A stretch of DNA of 64,000 bases from Apostichopus japonicus (Eukaryota). Every line of letters begins with the position of its first letter. Within the stretch, counting starts at the first letter, position 1. A program made the translations under genes and the position numbers. The stretch spans positions 11,423,891 to 11,487,890 of the forward strand of contig NC_092564.1 of NCBI RefSeq assembly GCF_037975245.1, in the 5' to 3' direction. A model generated the notes under the pieces. The model had not been told where the DNA came from. It searched no databases and worked only from the letters and a program-made list of their open reading frames with translations. Shown here piece after piece: positions 23,985 through 36,634 of this stretch.

Positions 23985-25048
23985 CTAAGGATGATGAAAA
24001 ATATTTAAGGTGAAAAAACTGCATGAATAAATTTGAAGGGATATTAGACTCATGAAATGTACACTTTTCAATTAACGATTTTATTGTTTCTCGAACTAAA
24101 TGAGTGGTCGCACTTTGTTGATTAATATTTGTCTTGCAATTATTATTAAGTGGTGTCACAGTAACATACTCTCTATGTGGTGGTCATGTGATGAAATCGA
24201 CCAGTCTAATGAGATGACTGATGAATGGCTAATTTTTATCTTTGTTTAGTATTTCCCCAGGGTAAGGAAGCCAACAGAAACTCTTATCAAACCCCATCCA
24301 TTTGATGATTGTGGATGAACACTGGCTGATACCAAGCCTTCTCTTTTCCATGAGTGTTTAGATAGTTAAGACGCATGCCTGTAATTGTCGCACCCATTCC
24401 CTGCTCCCGGGACCGCCAGATAACATCCCCATCCGACCAGTGAGATTGTACCTTAGCATCTGACCACTTTGGGAAATACAGATGGAGGTGAGGACACCCC
24501 CCCCCCCCGCCCCCTTCATCATCGCTGTAGTGCAGCTATGTTGTTTTGAAGTCATTGAAAGAACAGAACCAAAACTCACTTCCCAATTTGCCAAACCAGA
24601 TATACCAAATCCATGGCAGACTCCCCTCAACAGCACAGCAAATCAGCTATTTTGTATTGAATACATTTTCTTATTACAGTACAGACCATTGGCTTAAATG
24701 TCTAAGCTTATTTTCAAACAATCAAGATAATAAAGCAGTCTTGTCTTTATCAAAATTCGTCAGCATCACATAACAATTTAATGATTAGCTATATTTCTTG
24801 GTCCCCAATATTCTGTTTCATTCAATATAGTAGTCCTGAAAACTCACTCCAAACAAATGTCACATGATATTTTATTCAAGACTCTTGTCCTGCCATTAAT
24901 GTTGTTACTTAGGCTCAAACTATTATTACTACACAGGTATGGATATTTTTCGTGATAATCCTAGACATTTTAGATTTCAGGATGCACACATAAATAAAGA
25001 AACAGCTCATTCTATTAACTTCTGAACAATCAAAATTGAATACCTTAC

Positions 25049-25312
25049 CTCTACTACTCCAGAGTGGTAGCCCACTATAACACCAGGTAATTCTTGGTTG
25101 CTGCTACACCATGCTACACCACTGACTCTTGATTCATGGTGTCTGACCTCTACAATGACCTGGCCAGTCAATACATCTAACAGACACAGATTACCACTGT
25201 GGTACCCTGTTAGAAGGAGGCCACCATCAGGACTGAAGACACACACCGTGCTGGGTGAATTGTCTGGCAGGCTGTGACTGCAAACCTGCTTACCCAAAGT
25301 ACCAGACCAAAC
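25049..25312 (-). CDS. TEP1: TEP1 WD40 exon: VWSGTLGKQVCSHSLPDNSPSTVCVFSPDGGLLLTGYHSGNLCLLDVLTGQVIVEVRHHESRVSGVAWCSSNQELPGVIVGYHSGVVE.
   Basis: Acceptor atatccctcag|GTTTGG and donor GTAGAG|gtaagg. Matches human VQVWSGSLGRPRGHLGSLSLSPALSVALSPDGDRVAVGYRADGIRIY... Confidence 0.85.
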
Positions 25313-25926
25313 CTGAGGGATATAGTAGAACAAAATACAAAATATGTCACCATTCTGCAAATTGTAAATATATGCCGAAGTTTCAAGATAAGAATGTCAA
25401 CATAAGGTGCCATTGCAAGCTAATTTACTTAGAGCAGTGTTTTGAATTTGGTTAACAGTTTTAACAATCTTCCACACAATATTACTCAAAATGATATTGT
25501 GATGCGACTCTACAGCCATGCCCAAGTTGGGGCGCTGTTATGCCGGCCCTACCTAGTTCCGCAAATACTTGACAAGCTGCAGTCTCTGACTGCAGATCAA
25601 TAATGTTACAATGAGTTGATCACTAGCGCTACAAACAAGTTCATTTGTATTTACTGAAGAAGAGATCTTTTGGAATATATTTTTCAAGTCAAACATATTG
25701 TTCAAAGCATGTTAACTGGTGTTATATACTTTGCTTTTTTGTTGTCCAAACTGCACAAGCGGAACACACTGAACTACTCAATCACCCAGCGCATCTGTCA
25801 GAAACTTTTCTGCTTACTTTTGAGCACTTTCACATGATTGTGTGTTACTTTGATTCAGAGAAAATGATCAAACTAAGTAAATATTTTGCTTAAATGAGCA
25901 CCAAAGTAAGTCTTTAAGTATTTTAC

Positions 25927-26025
25927 CTTCAAGCTGTGATCATCACTGACGGTAACCAGCTCCAAACCAGAAGGAGCAAATCTAAGTTGATTAATGGGTT
26001 GAGTATGTCCACTCAGACAACCCAC
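25927..26025 (-). CDS. TEP1: TEP1 WD40 exon: VGCLSGHTQPINQLRFAPSGLELVTVSDDHSLK.
   Basis: Acceptor ttttttctactacag|GTGGGT and donor TTGAAG|gtaaaa. Confidence 0.85.
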
Positions 26026-26445
26026 CTGTAGTAGAAAAAAACAAAAAGTACAATAAATTTTATGTGGAGTATATCTCTCTCTCAAAGCAAACTAACAGTG
26101 CAGTTCATGTCGTATCAACTCTCCAACCCGTCCACCATCATTGATTAATGTACATTTCCCTTGAGTAGCAACTCTAATGGGAAACATTTAAGAATGTATA
26201 AGAAAAGAGAAATTTTTTAGAGGAAATTTTATAAATATGACGCTATTCCTCCATTGCTCAGATTTTAGTCAACGTTCTTTGTAGATTGTCATATGATAGG
26301 AGATGAGAACCACACAAGGCAAGAACCATTGTACCTAGAATGGATATTGTGCAGGGTAGACTGGTAAAGCTTAGGGTGTGTGGGCTGTCTATTGCAAAGT
26401 ACCCTTGGTTTTTACTCTTGTTTGTCTTGAGCAACAATGACTTAC

Positions 26446-26565
26446 CACAACACCATTAGAAGCAGACCACATCATGACTTCACCGTCCATTGCAGCGGAT
26501 GCCAGGTAGACATCGTTAGGGGACCATGCCACGGATCGTACCGCTGACTTGTGACCACGTAACAC
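26446..26565 (-). CDS. TEP1: TEP1 WD40 exon: VLRGHKSAVRSVAWSPNDVYLASAAMDGEVMMWSASNGVV.
   Basis: Acceptor attctcttcag|GTGTTA and donor GTTGTG|gtaagt. Confidence 0.85.
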
Positions 26566-27114
26566 CTGAAGAGAATGTCAACAGTTCGTGTCATGACACA
26601 GTTTTACACCATATGAGCAACTGATGTATACCATCACTAATGTTATACAGTTCTAGTCAAAATCCAACCAGACTCTAGTTCACTTAACTATACAAACCAG
26701 TGAATGGAGGGTGTGATGTAGTATATGTTTCTCCTCTAAGATACAACTGACTAGTTCACTCATCACTTTTACAACAACCTGACAGTTATAGCAACTTATG
26801 TGCTAGTATCAGGGTATCAAATAATACTCACTCTTCACCTACTTGTCTCTGTAATAATGGGTCTTGCAATATTTACAACACATACCCTTTTCACGATTGC
26901 AATTGGCAAAATAAATAAATTCCAACACTTTCTCCACAAGGTTGATCAATGACACTCTCAATTCATCTAGACTTTTTTTGTTGTAAAAGTCAAACCATCA
27001 AGTCGACAGGATGGAGTTTTCTTTTCTGTATTTTTCCGTTTCATATCAAACTTAAATTGTTACATTGTTGAATGTTGAGTAGTATCCTTGTGACTAGATA
27101 TTTGAAAATCTTAC

Positions 27115-27370
27115 CGCAATTTTCTTTTTCTCTACGGTATCCCAAACTTTGAGTGTTGCATCCCAGCTTGCTGTGACTATTTTTCTTCCTCCGCTATGGA
27201 AAGCAACACAATTGATTGGTCGTTTCTCTGTGAGGGTACAGACTGGTTTGCCGGTGCGTCCATCCCACAGCTTCACCATACAGTCCCAGGATGCTGATGC
27301 TACCATGTTGCCCCCCTTATCAGAACAACACCAGTTTACATGACGCCTGTGCCCAGACATCTCTGATATT
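27115..27370 (-). CDS. TEP1: TEP1 WD40 exon: (R)ISEMSGHRRHVNWCCSDKGGNMVASASWDCMVKLWDGRTGKPVCTLTEKRPINCVAFHSGGRKIVTASWDATLKVWDTVEKKKIA.
   Basis: Acceptor gtttgctacag|AATATC and donor ATTGCG|gtaaga. Two WD repeats (SWD...LW/VW). Parallels human ...CLKLWDTVRGQLAFQHTYPKSLNCVAFHPEGQVIATGSWAGSI. Confidence 0.88.
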
Positions 27371-27707
27371 CTGTAGCAAACAAGGAAAACATTTTGTCAG
27401 TGTGAAAGCAGTGTGAACTTTGGAAATCACTATAAGAAACACAAAATATTATGAGCTATAATTGTGTTATGTTTACACTGAGATACTTTGCATTACGTTA
27501 TGTCATGTCACTCTGATGATGCTCATACCCTGTGACATCACATAAAGGATACAAATGGTTTTGTTGCTTTTTAAAGTGAAGTGGAATCAAAATTACACAA
27601 CTGAAACAAGGTGGTCAGGTATGTACGTTAGGTCTAAACTATGCACACATTATATGTTCACATTACACCCCTATAACACCCCCATTATTTCCATTTTATT
27701 CCCTTAC

Positions 27708-27832
27708 CTGTGCCCTTGATGTACATCCCATAGGCTGAGCAGGCCATCTTTGGATGAGGAGACTAAACGGTTACTGCCAACGAAACAAACAGCTGTGATG
27801 GCATCGGCATGGCCGTAGAAACTCCTCTTTTC
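27708..27832 (-). CDS. TEP1: TEP1 WD40 exon: EKRSFYGHADAITAVCFVGSNRLVSSSKDGLLSLWDVHQGH.
   Basis: Acceptor cacaccag|GAAAAG and donor GGGCACAG|gtaagg. Confidence 0.8.
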
Positions 27833-27986
27833 CTGGTGTGTGTAAAGAAGCGGGAGATTGGTTACATCAGCTAATATTAATTTAGTAATTTGATGCTACT
27901 AAAAGAAAAAATCTTGGTTTTATTCTATCTAATGGCTTTGTTTATACAGCTTTAAAATGGAGGCTGGGATAATGAAATTTACTTAC

Positions 27987-28082
27987 CATTCCTGTTGACA
28001 GCTCGTACAACCTGATTGCAGAGTCCTCAGATCCACAAACAAAGAACTGGTTATCTGGAGATATATCCAGACAGGATACAGG
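27987..28082 (-). CDS. TEP1: TEP1 WD40 exon: PVSCLDISPDNQFFVCGSEDSAIRLYELSTGM.
   Basis: Acceptor tctcttgcag|CCTGTA and donor GGAATG|gtaagt. Confidence 0.8.
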
Positions 28083-28860
28083 CTGCAAGAGAAACAAAAG
28101 ACATCTTTAAATAATGAATAAAATTACAAACACAGTAATGAGACGGGAGTGCCGATTATTCAACCTTTGCTGAATATAAGTAATATAAGTAACAGAGTAG
28201 GGTTCAGTCAGAGTGGAGGGGGAAGCGAGAGGGGCACAAAGTATGAGTGACAGTGGGACATGTGACTTTGATTTGAGAGGGCCAACTATAGTATTTCCTC
28301 AAACATTCCGACAAAACCAATGCTCGGTGCATTCCCTAAGGCAAATTCCAGTATTTGAAAGTTTTTCAACAAAGGGAAACTTAACACTTACTATGTTTCT
28401 CTCAACTTACCAAAACCGGGTCACATTTATTTTCTAATTTGATTTAAACCATCTATCAATATAGCCCTTTTAAAATAGAAAAAGGGCAAGTTTTAATTAC
28501 AAAAAGTTAAATCGGTTTTACCAAAGATGAGCACTTCCTATTTGGGTTTTTTCACAGAACAGGGGGGTAGGAATGGGGAGTGGGAGTGGGGTATGTGTCC
28601 CTGTTCACACTCTGCCCCATTTCTGATGCCGTGTCCCCTCAAATCCTTAAGATTGACAGTGACCAAAATTGTACATATTAAAATGTGTACACAAATAGTT
28701 CCTGTGTATTTGATGAATGACTCCGAAAGGGAAATTAAATCTGATATGTAGATGAGTCTGAACATTTAAATATATCCCATTCAGTCTCTACAACATGTGA
28801 CTATATATTAACATAAACCAACCAATAATTAAATAGTAATAACAACACCAAAAGACTAAC

Positions 28861-29354
28861 CTGAGCAAAGCTAGACAAGGTCTGTATACACGGGTGATCT
28901 ATTTCTGCTTTATTCTTCCAATGGACTAGTCTATGTTCACTATCGGATACATCATTCAATTCTTCAAGAGCGTTCTGGCATACCAACGATGCCGACGGCT
29001 GGTTGGCTGCTTCTTGCCAAACTAGTGAAGGGCACTGACCAATCAGATGCAAGCATCTTTGTACGAAATTGTTGTAGCTTTGGACGGTGGGTGACGACAT
29101 AAATTTTTCCAATTCCTTTTGATAGATTCGTGACGGATTGGTAGTTCTGCCGGAGACCTGAAAGCTCTCTGGTAGCAGCGGTGCCACGCCCAACCTGGCA
29201 CAAGCGTGAATGAAGTGAAGGTTACAGAGGACAGTTTGCAACAGCTGAAAGAGTCCAGCGTGAGTGAGATGGTACGGTAGCTCTGTGATGCCACGCAACT
29301 GTGCTCCAGTCAATGATCCATCCCCACGAGGGTCGGCTAATTTGCTAAAGTAAC
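28861..29354 (-). CDS. TEP1: TEP1 large exon (NACHT-associated helical region): YFSKLADPRGDGSLTGAQLRGITELPYHLTHAG...LIGQCPSLVWQEAANQPSASLVCQNALEELNDVSDSEHRLVHWKNKAEIDHPCIQTLSSFAQ.
   Basis: Acceptor attcttacag|GTTACT and donor GCTCAG|gttagt. Collinear with human ...LGDLPYHLLQSG...YPRLLPQQAANQPLDSPLCHQASLLSRRWHLQ... Confidence 0.88.
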
Positions 29355-29926
29355 CTGTAAGAATGCAAATGGAAGATTGAAAGGTTTTAAAAAAAATCTG
29401 CACTTCCCATTGATACAGGCTATAAGAATAGGATCAGAATCATGACCAGCTGTCCCTGGGTTAATCCTAAAACTTAAACTTTAAGGATCAATTTAAAACT
29501 TTAACTAGACTTCTGTAATTAACCAAATTTTCCTCTTATTGTCCCACCCCTCCCCCCCACCCACATCCACCTCCTACTAAATTCATGAACATCTTACAAC
29601 ACTCCTAGCATTGCCTATCTAAGAAAACATTTCACTGTAACTGAGCTTGAATGCTTCAAAAGTACTATTGGAGACATTTATATTGTTCCATAATTCAGTA
29701 TTCCAAAAAGAATGAAGGATTTTAAAAAAAAATTATGGCTCAAATTATGTGAAAAGACTCCAAATCAAAGTTATTTCAACATACACATAAAGCAGCAACC
29801 CAAGTATCTGACTCACCTCGAATAGATTGACTCTTTAACAGTCTAGAGGTAACTAAACAAAATATTACTGTGGTAATAAGACTTAAGGTCAACAGAAATT
29901 AGAATCTGTTGTTAAGAGAAGCTTAC

Positions 29927-30033
29927 CTGCCAATAGTATGTGCATCTGTATCCTCATTTCGACCCCGGTGCCTTTCAAATAGCGATGGTTGACTGCCTTA
30001 GAAATAATGTCACTGTGAATTCTCAACTGGGAG
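29927..30033 (-). CDS. TEP1: TEP1 exon: (S)SQLRIHSDIISKAVNHRYLKGTGVEMRIQMHILLA(G).
   Basis: Acceptor tctttcttcag|CTCCCA and donor TTGGCAG|gtaagc. Confidence 0.78.
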
Positions 30034-30713
30034 CTGAAGAAAGATACAAAAATATATTAAACTGACACAAACTGAAAGAAAGTGAAAAAATGAAATACTT
30101 GTACAAACAAGACACTGATAACAGAATTATGATCTGATAAAATAAAGCCAGGTGAGTTTTAATTTCTGAATACAATTCACCCATTTCTTTACCTAAATGA
30201 TATGATACTTGTTATTATACATCTTTAGATTTCTATTTTATTTAATCAAAAATCAACCTTTGAGTCTCTTATTATCACCAATAATACTATTAATATTACT
30301 GTCCCTGCCTCTGTTATTTAATCTTCTCAGCATGGTCCTCTCTAAATGATAAAGCTCCTTAATTCTCCTAAGTTAGTGTGACGACATATCCAACCAATGA
30401 CCAAGTAAACAGCTCTTGTCATCTATGGTCTCCATCAAGTACTGTCTTTGACAACTATTCAAACCTTCACATTAGGTAATATGATAACATTTTGAAAGAA
30501 AATGACATCTTTAATAATTCCACTTTCTACTTACTTGCATCTCATTGAAACATTAACATTAGGCTAATTACATACTGTTGAGTGCTTGTGATCTTATATC
30601 CTACCATACAAATTAAGTTACTAAATGTAAACTTAGGAAGCTGTGTTTTGATCACTATTAAAGGTTTGTCACAGTAACAAGTGATGTTCCATGACAGCCT
30701 GTGTGAGACTCAC

Positions 30714-30894
30714 CTGTGTTCTACTCCTGGATTTATCAAGCTTTTCACACTTCTTATCAATCTTGCAAACACTGCTGTAGGAATAAACTGAAGCGGAGCT
30801 AAGGATATATTCCTGATGCCATCGTAGGTGAATTTCTGACCTTTGACCTGGTAAGCCAGACTGAGAAGGTGATGGAGCTCCTCCTCTTCCAAAC
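30714..30894 (-). CDS. TEP1: TEP1 exon: GLEEEELHHLLSLAYQVKGQKFTYDGIRNISLAPLQFIPTAVFARLIRSVKSLINPGVEH.
   Basis: Acceptor ttgcttgatcag|GTTTGG and donor AACACAG|gtgagt. Confidence 0.78.
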
Positions 30895-31328
30895 CTGATC
30901 AAGCAAAATATGTGGGCAGTATGAAAGAATATTATAAAACTTAACGAAAACAGTAAAGAATAAATCAATTCAAAAATCCTAAAGACCTCATCATCAGGTC
31001 ATTCATAGAACAATAGTACCTAAATTTATAACAAACATCCTTAGATGTTGGAAGGAAAAGAACCAGAAGAAAACAACCATACAAGAACAAGATGCTAATG
31101 CTAGGTCAATAAAGTGAATGAAGATGGTGACAGTAACCCAAGAGTAGCATCTGGAATGTTATGTGGCCACAGCCCTGGCCGGCTAAATTAATGCATGTTT
31201 CTCATCTAGGAATGATTCATTGAATCCTTCAGGATATATGAACTGGACTTAAGATGTAAAGTTACAGGGGGTCCACTTGTATGGAGTATGATGAACTAGC
31301 TGCATAATTAATACCAGCAGAGACTTAC

Positions 31329-31461
31329 CATCCCTGGCACATGTGAGCAGAACCAAAGTTTGCTGGACCATGTTCTTATCATGTTCTCTCTCCAGTCGCC
31401 CGATAACATCCTGAAGTAAAGCATCCATCGTGTGGGAAAGAGACTTCAATCTAGTCGACAC
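31329..31461 (-). CDS. TEP1: TEP1 exon: VSTRLKSLSHTMDALLQDVIGRLEREHDKNMVQQTLVLLTCARD(G).
   Basis: Acceptor tatttttccag|GTGTCG and donor GGGATG|gtaagt. Matches human VSERLRTLPATVPLLLQHILSTLEKEHG. Confidence 0.85.
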
Positions 31462-32325
31462 CTGGAAAAATACAACATGAGGACACGAATAACAAACACA
31501 ATTAAAGATCGAAACCTGTAAAAAATACAACACAAATAGCAAACACAATTAAAGATTGACAACTGTAAAAATACAACAATAGAAACCAAATCACAAACAC
31601 AATTAAAGAGGATGTTAGTGGTGTTCATGTTTCCTTCATCCTGAATTTCGTAAACTTTGAAAGTTCTCAGTGTCTGGAGAATGGCTAATAGGTAAAGTCT
31701 TCCTGCCAGTGCTTTTGACATTGTAAATTTAATTTACATGCATGTGTGTATGAGTGTGGGAAGGATGTATGCGGGGTGGGTGATTAATGGTTGGGAACAG
31801 GACACAGTTGAGGTTTAAGCAATAAAATTACTCAAGTACTATGTCTATGAAGGTTAAGGTCATAAATCAGAAAATTGAACATTTCTCCATTTTCCAACTA
31901 TTTCCTGTTTCAAAGAGCTCACTTCCCTACCTCCACCCTCGCCCCCCCCCCCCAAAGAGAGAAAAAAAACATATACAGTATCCTGTAAAGCTTGCCATCA
32001 CACACTTTGCTGGTTATCTTATTACATAATAGCCACAACTAAGCAACTTAAATGAGCCTGATGAAGGTAATTGGGAGCCTAGTGTAGCTGCTACACATTC
32101 AAGAAGAGACTGGCAATAATTGTAACTTGCAATCTAATTTCTAATAGTCACAAGGCCAACTAAAGATGCCACCATGAAGAAAATGCATAACATAACTTTG
32201 AAAGTGCTAAACAAATATACCACATGACAAATTCACTGACAATGTAGTTAGGTTCCATCCATATAAGTATGTGCCATGGGACTGAAGAACTACATAATGA
32301 CAAAGTTTATGAAAACATTACTGAC

Positions 32326-32418
32326 CTCCTCAAAAACTCCAAACATTCTGATTTCTTCACAGGCTAGACTGAGGTACATAGCCAAGTTTGCTTGTCTCTT
32401 AGATGCCAGTAGTTTCAT
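32326..32418 (-). CDS. TEP1: TEP1 exon: MKLLASKRQANLAMYLSLACEEIRMFGVFEE.
   Basis: Acceptor ttctatttgcag|ATGAAA and donor GAGGAG|gtcagt. Matches human MRLLLVKRESGRPLYLRLVTDHLRLFTLYEQ. Confidence 0.88.
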
Positions 32419-32726
32419 CTGCAAATAGAAATAAACAAGAAAGCCACATGTTTATTTCCTGTAGATGTCAAAAGGTCATTAGAGTCTAATACCAGTTGAT
32501 ATTGTTGCCACTACATCTGACAACAGGCTATAGTGTTTGATTGGAATTGACAGAACCTCTCTCTATCGATCCTTTCCGGCCACTGATTTACATCTGCTTT
32601 ACATCTGCTGAAAATTCAAAAACTAAAAGTTCAAATGCATTATTTAAGTATTCTGCAAACAAGTCCACTTATGTTGTGGATGCTGAATACAGAAGCAAAC
32701 AAGACAACAACAAAAAACGTCATTAC

Positions 32727-32906
32727 CTGATTGTTGAATGGGGACTCATCCAGAGTTTTACGATAGATTCCAAGGGTTTTACGAATCATCTCTGATTTGT
32801 CCAGAATATCCAGAGGCCCGAGATTGAAAAATGAGATATCAGTGCGCCTCTGCAGTGACTTGTGACACTCTTTGCTTTCAAGGCACGACAACAGGAAGAT
32901 TACATT
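32727..32906 (-). CDS. TEP1: TEP1 exon, NACHT: NVIFLLSCLESKECHKSLQRRTDISFFNLGPLDILDKSEMIRKTLGIYRKTLDESPFNNQ.
   Basis: Acceptor ttttttccag|AATGTA and donor AATCAG|gtaatg. Matches human ...LALGPLEASARARLVREELALYGKRLEESPFNNQ. Confidence 0.9.
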
Positions 32907-33280
32907 CTGGAAAAAAGGTGCAAGATGATCAATTCAGTGGAGAAATGCTGCAAAGTATTTAATATAAGTCTGTAGCCCTACAAAGGTCAAAGTTTCAAAC
33001 TCATTGACAGCTCTGTATTACACCCATGTTTGTGGTCAGATCATTGGTGGACACAGTTCTCTCTTGTTAATACCATTATGGACATTAATGTTGCATACAA
33101 TATACATTAAAGGTGCTGTATTAGCTGCAATGTTAGACATTGGTAACACCTCATCTACAAAGCAAATTTACCGTCCTATGTATATTTTTTCATGAAACTG
33201 CTCCAAATTCTTCCTTGAATCTAGGCATTAATAAACGTCTCCAGATATCATTAACAATGAATTTGTCATGTGTTACTTAC

Positions 33281-33431
33281 ATCTGGGATAGACTGCGGCA
33301 GCCATTCCATATTCCATGCTACATTATGTGGAGTAAGTTGGTCCAGACCATCTACAATGATAACAAATTTGCTGTACCCGACTCTTTCACTGGCTTGCTC
33401 AAGAAATTTAGGCAACTTCGTTACAAGATTT
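33281..33431 (-). CDS. TEP1: TEP1 exon, NACHT Walker B: (Q)NLVTKLPKFLEQASERVGYSKFVIIVDGLDQLTPHNVAWNMEWLPQSIPD.
   Basis: Acceptor ttttttttccacag|AAATCT and donor CCAGAT|gtaagt. Matches human QVLIIDGADRL. Confidence 0.88.
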
Positions 33432-33872
33432 CTGTGGAAAAAAAAATTACGAAAGCAAATGAAGAGGTAACTTTCCCATTTAAAAAAAAAAAAGTTTTTC
33501 ACCACTAGTAGTCATTTTCATGTTAATTGCAGTAATCAACACCAACGATATCACACAGGATTTGAAATTTTGATACTAGCGTGAACTTTTGCAGAGGCAG
33601 ACATAATTAAACAAAACAGAAAACATGCTTAAATACACAGATGGGACACAAAAGTTAATTGACACATTGACTTATGTTTGTAAAACTTTTCGATTGGTCA
33701 ACAGTGAGTATAGGTTTTCTTCTGCTATAATTTATAACAAACTTGAAAACAGGGAGCAGTCCAACCAATGAAAAATTGGACTTTTTCTTGATTTATTGAA
33801 TTTTTCACCCTCTAATTTATTTGTCACCACTTAATTTCATTATATGACCATTGTTTACAAGCAAGAACTTAC

Positions 33873-34039
33873 TGGTAGTCATCTGGTACACCCATGATGA
33901 GGTTAAAGGTCAATTTAATTGTCCAGCAGATCCTTTGAAGAAGATTATAGAGCTGACCGGAACCAGGAGATGCTCCAACAAAATGGATCAGGTTCTCATG
34001 AGAGGGATTATCACTAGAAGCCTCTTGATTAACAGCAGC
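33873..34039 (-). CDS. TEP1: TEP1 exon, NACHT: AAVNQEASSDNPSHENLIHFVGASPGSGQLYNLLQRICWTIKLTFNLIMGVPDDY.
   Basis: Acceptor ttaccgacag|GCTGCT and donor TACCA|gtaagt. Confidence 0.8.
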
Positions 34040-34674
34040 CTGTCGGTAACAATGGATATAAACTACAATGAAGAACTTCATAACATGAAAAGAAATCATG
34101 AAATATCAGAGCATTATCAAAGATTAATGCATTTTATGACATATAAAGGAGAGAGAAGTAGTCGTACTTACTAACATCACAAAATCATATTCCACTTCTT
34201 ACAGATTCACCATGAAGTATATCTCTTCCCCAACTGCCCCTATCTGCAACCCCCCACCCCCCCCTCACTCTCAATCTCTATCCTCAAAGTGGTACCACTT
34301 ATTTCAAATTTGTTTTGGCATTTATTGAAAATAGCAGCTTCAGTTTCAATTGCAGTCTTGTACCTGCCTTGAGTTTCCTGTAGTTCTATATTAGTCTTTA
34401 TATGTCTTCCAAACTCAAAGACCTTGTGATATGGTCTCACTGCTTTTTCTTAACACTCATGCAAACAAGCCATTAATATTTTAAAGATGGTTTTCTTTCT
34501 GGACATTGTAAGTGTTTTGGCACATTTGATGTTTTTCTCGTAATGATCACCAAAACTCAAAAGAAAGCTGTCACATCTCCACCACCTATCTCAAAAAAAC
34601 ACAATTTCTATTGTAATCTCACTGCTTTTCTAAAGTGGTGCTTTTAATCTCCCAAATACATTGTATGCACTTAC

Positions 34675-34857
34675 CATGAAAGCTGACTTTCCACATCCTT
34701 GTTGTCCAGTTATAACAAAGACTGCATTCTTCTCTTTCCTGATCAGCTCCATTGTTTTAATAAGCTGTGGTCTGCGACCAACAAAGGCAGCATTATATGA
34801 GTCCATGAGAGCTGTGTGGTGTCTCTCCTCCTCCTCGATGGCTTGACTCTGAGAGAT
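34675..34857 (-). CDS. TEP1: TEP1 exon, NACHT P-loop: ISQSQAIEEEERHHTALMDSYNAAFVGRRPQLIKTMELIRKEKNAVFVITGQQGCGKSAFM.
   Basis: Acceptor tgactccag|ATCTCT and donor TTCATG|gtaagt. Walker A GQQGCGKS matches human GQSGQGKT. Confidence 0.88.
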
Positions 34858-35188
34858 CTGGAGTCAGTAAACAAATCCAGTATCATTTCATTACCTGATT
34901 GGTTCAACAATATTGCTCTAGACAAATGATTTACTTTCTAGCTGTTGCATATTCATAACTGATACATATTCATGTTCAGAATAAATTGAAAATCTACCAG
35001 AATGTATACATCATTCTTACTGAGCATTTGGCAAGTTTGGATCAAGCATTGGTCAAACTGCTCTGAAAGATCAGAGAGCAGTAATATCTTAAGGGTGTGC
35101 AGGGGGAAAGTTTCTCACAAAACAGGGGACACAATACATTTTATAGTGCCCATCTTTACGTATATAAAGTACCTTGATGTTGACAAAC

Positions 35189-35309
35189 CTGATTATCAAA
35201 GCTTTTTGAGAGGCTGTTCCATAGATTGTTGAGAACTCGCTCCCCAAATTCTTCCAGGCCACTGGTGATGGGTTTGTCATCAACCAGTCCTCCCCAATAA
35301 CAAGGATAG
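35189..35309 (-). CDS. TEP1: TEP1 exon: (D)YPCYWGGLVDDKPITSGLEEFGERVLNNLWNSLSKSFDNQ.
   Basis: Acceptor catttgcag|CTATCC and donor AATCAG|gtttgt. Matches human [38 protein letters not shown]. Confidence 0.9.
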
Positions 35310-35735
35310 CTGCAAATGGTTAAAAGATTCCAGTATGTAAGGAATATTAGAACTGAATGTCTACTTAACTTTCAAATAGAACTGTGCGTTTGATGGATTG
35401 TCTTATTATATGTTTAATTTTCACATTCTTATCACTTGTTGACACTCTTTCAAGGAACACTTTAATATGCTCATGCACCAGTACAGAACAATAAAAGACT
35501 GGTCCCAAGCAGTCATTTACTTACAAGCCAGGGATGAACACTCTGTAGGTAATACACACATCCCTATCAATAAGGAAGCCAGACGACATTGAAAAATTTC
35601 TGTTAACGAACTCTAAAGATTTGCACACAAAACAAAGCAACTATTTGCCTTCTTTGAGCAATCAATTAAACTACTCAAATTCAGTGTATAGTTTCTCATT
35701 CATTTAATTCTGTTCTTGTTCCAATGATTACTCAC

Positions 35736-35849
35736 TCTACAAAGGTTTCACATCCACTGTTTAATATCCTTCCCTTCAAGTCCTGCAACCTGAAGCTGCT
35801 CAAGTCCGAATCGGCTCCGAACATTTTCTTCCATTTGCGTGGAACGTCA
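35736..35849 (-). CDS. TEP1: TEP1 exon: (D)DVPRKWKKMFGADSDLSSFRLQDLKGRILNSGCETFV.
   Basis: Acceptor acattcag|TGACGT and donor TTTGTAGA|gtgagt. Matches human [29 protein letters not shown]... Confidence 0.8.
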
Positions 35850-36634
35850 CTGAATGTACCAAAGAGAGAAAAGAAAAGAAAATATGAAATTTACAATAAA
35901 ACATTCATTCCAGGATTAATAAACTCATATGATGCCACTAGTCCAATAGATAAGAAAGTGACCAATCAGGAATAAACAAGTAAACAGGAGTAGCAAGCCG
36001 ATACTGTAGACACACATATTCCCAAAACTTGGAATGGCTTGAATAAACCTGTGAGTTGTTTCTTCAAACAGTGACTCAAGACAACAAAAGAAGAACTACA
36101 TTAAGTATTTGAAAATGACTTCTTTGACCAAGAGATCAAATGAATTGGAATGAAATTCTGCAACCTACAATGATTAGAGATTAAACTATGATTACCTATT
36201 GGTTTATATTCTGCAATTTCTGCTTTAAGAGCAAGTTATGTAATTGAAAGACATCAATAATAATGTAATGAGGGATAAACAGCAATGATCAATGGGAGAC
36301 GGACAGGAACGTCAGGACAAGTAATTGCAGTTTCTGACAATAAATTTCATTTGTTTGTGTAGGGTAAAAAAAAATGATCAGATTTCTATTCTTTTTCTCT
36401 AAACACTGCATTTTAGATTAATTAATAAACAGAAATGTTGTTCCTTGTTTACCAAAAAAAACAGTAAACTTTGACAAATTGTCTTGTTTGGAGGGTATTT
36501 TTCTGGGCTATCAGCTGCCTGCTAAATATATAACAACATGGAAGCAGACACTGTGGCTCAAGAGAAACATTTCATGCAGGCTACTCAAAAGTTCACATTA
36601 CGGTGGATGGTGTCCGAAAAGAAACAATTCTTAC

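Noticed and set aside
24358-24500. A candidate extra WD-like exon (YFPKWSDAKVQSHWSDGDVIWRSREQGMGATITGMRLNY...) between TEP1 exons 25049-25312 and 23821-23984.
   Set aside because: Those two exons join in phase. They align without a gap to consecutive human TEP1 sequence. The only phase-compatible splice pair here would be a 15-nt micro-exon. The region abuts a poly-C run. It is most likely intronic.
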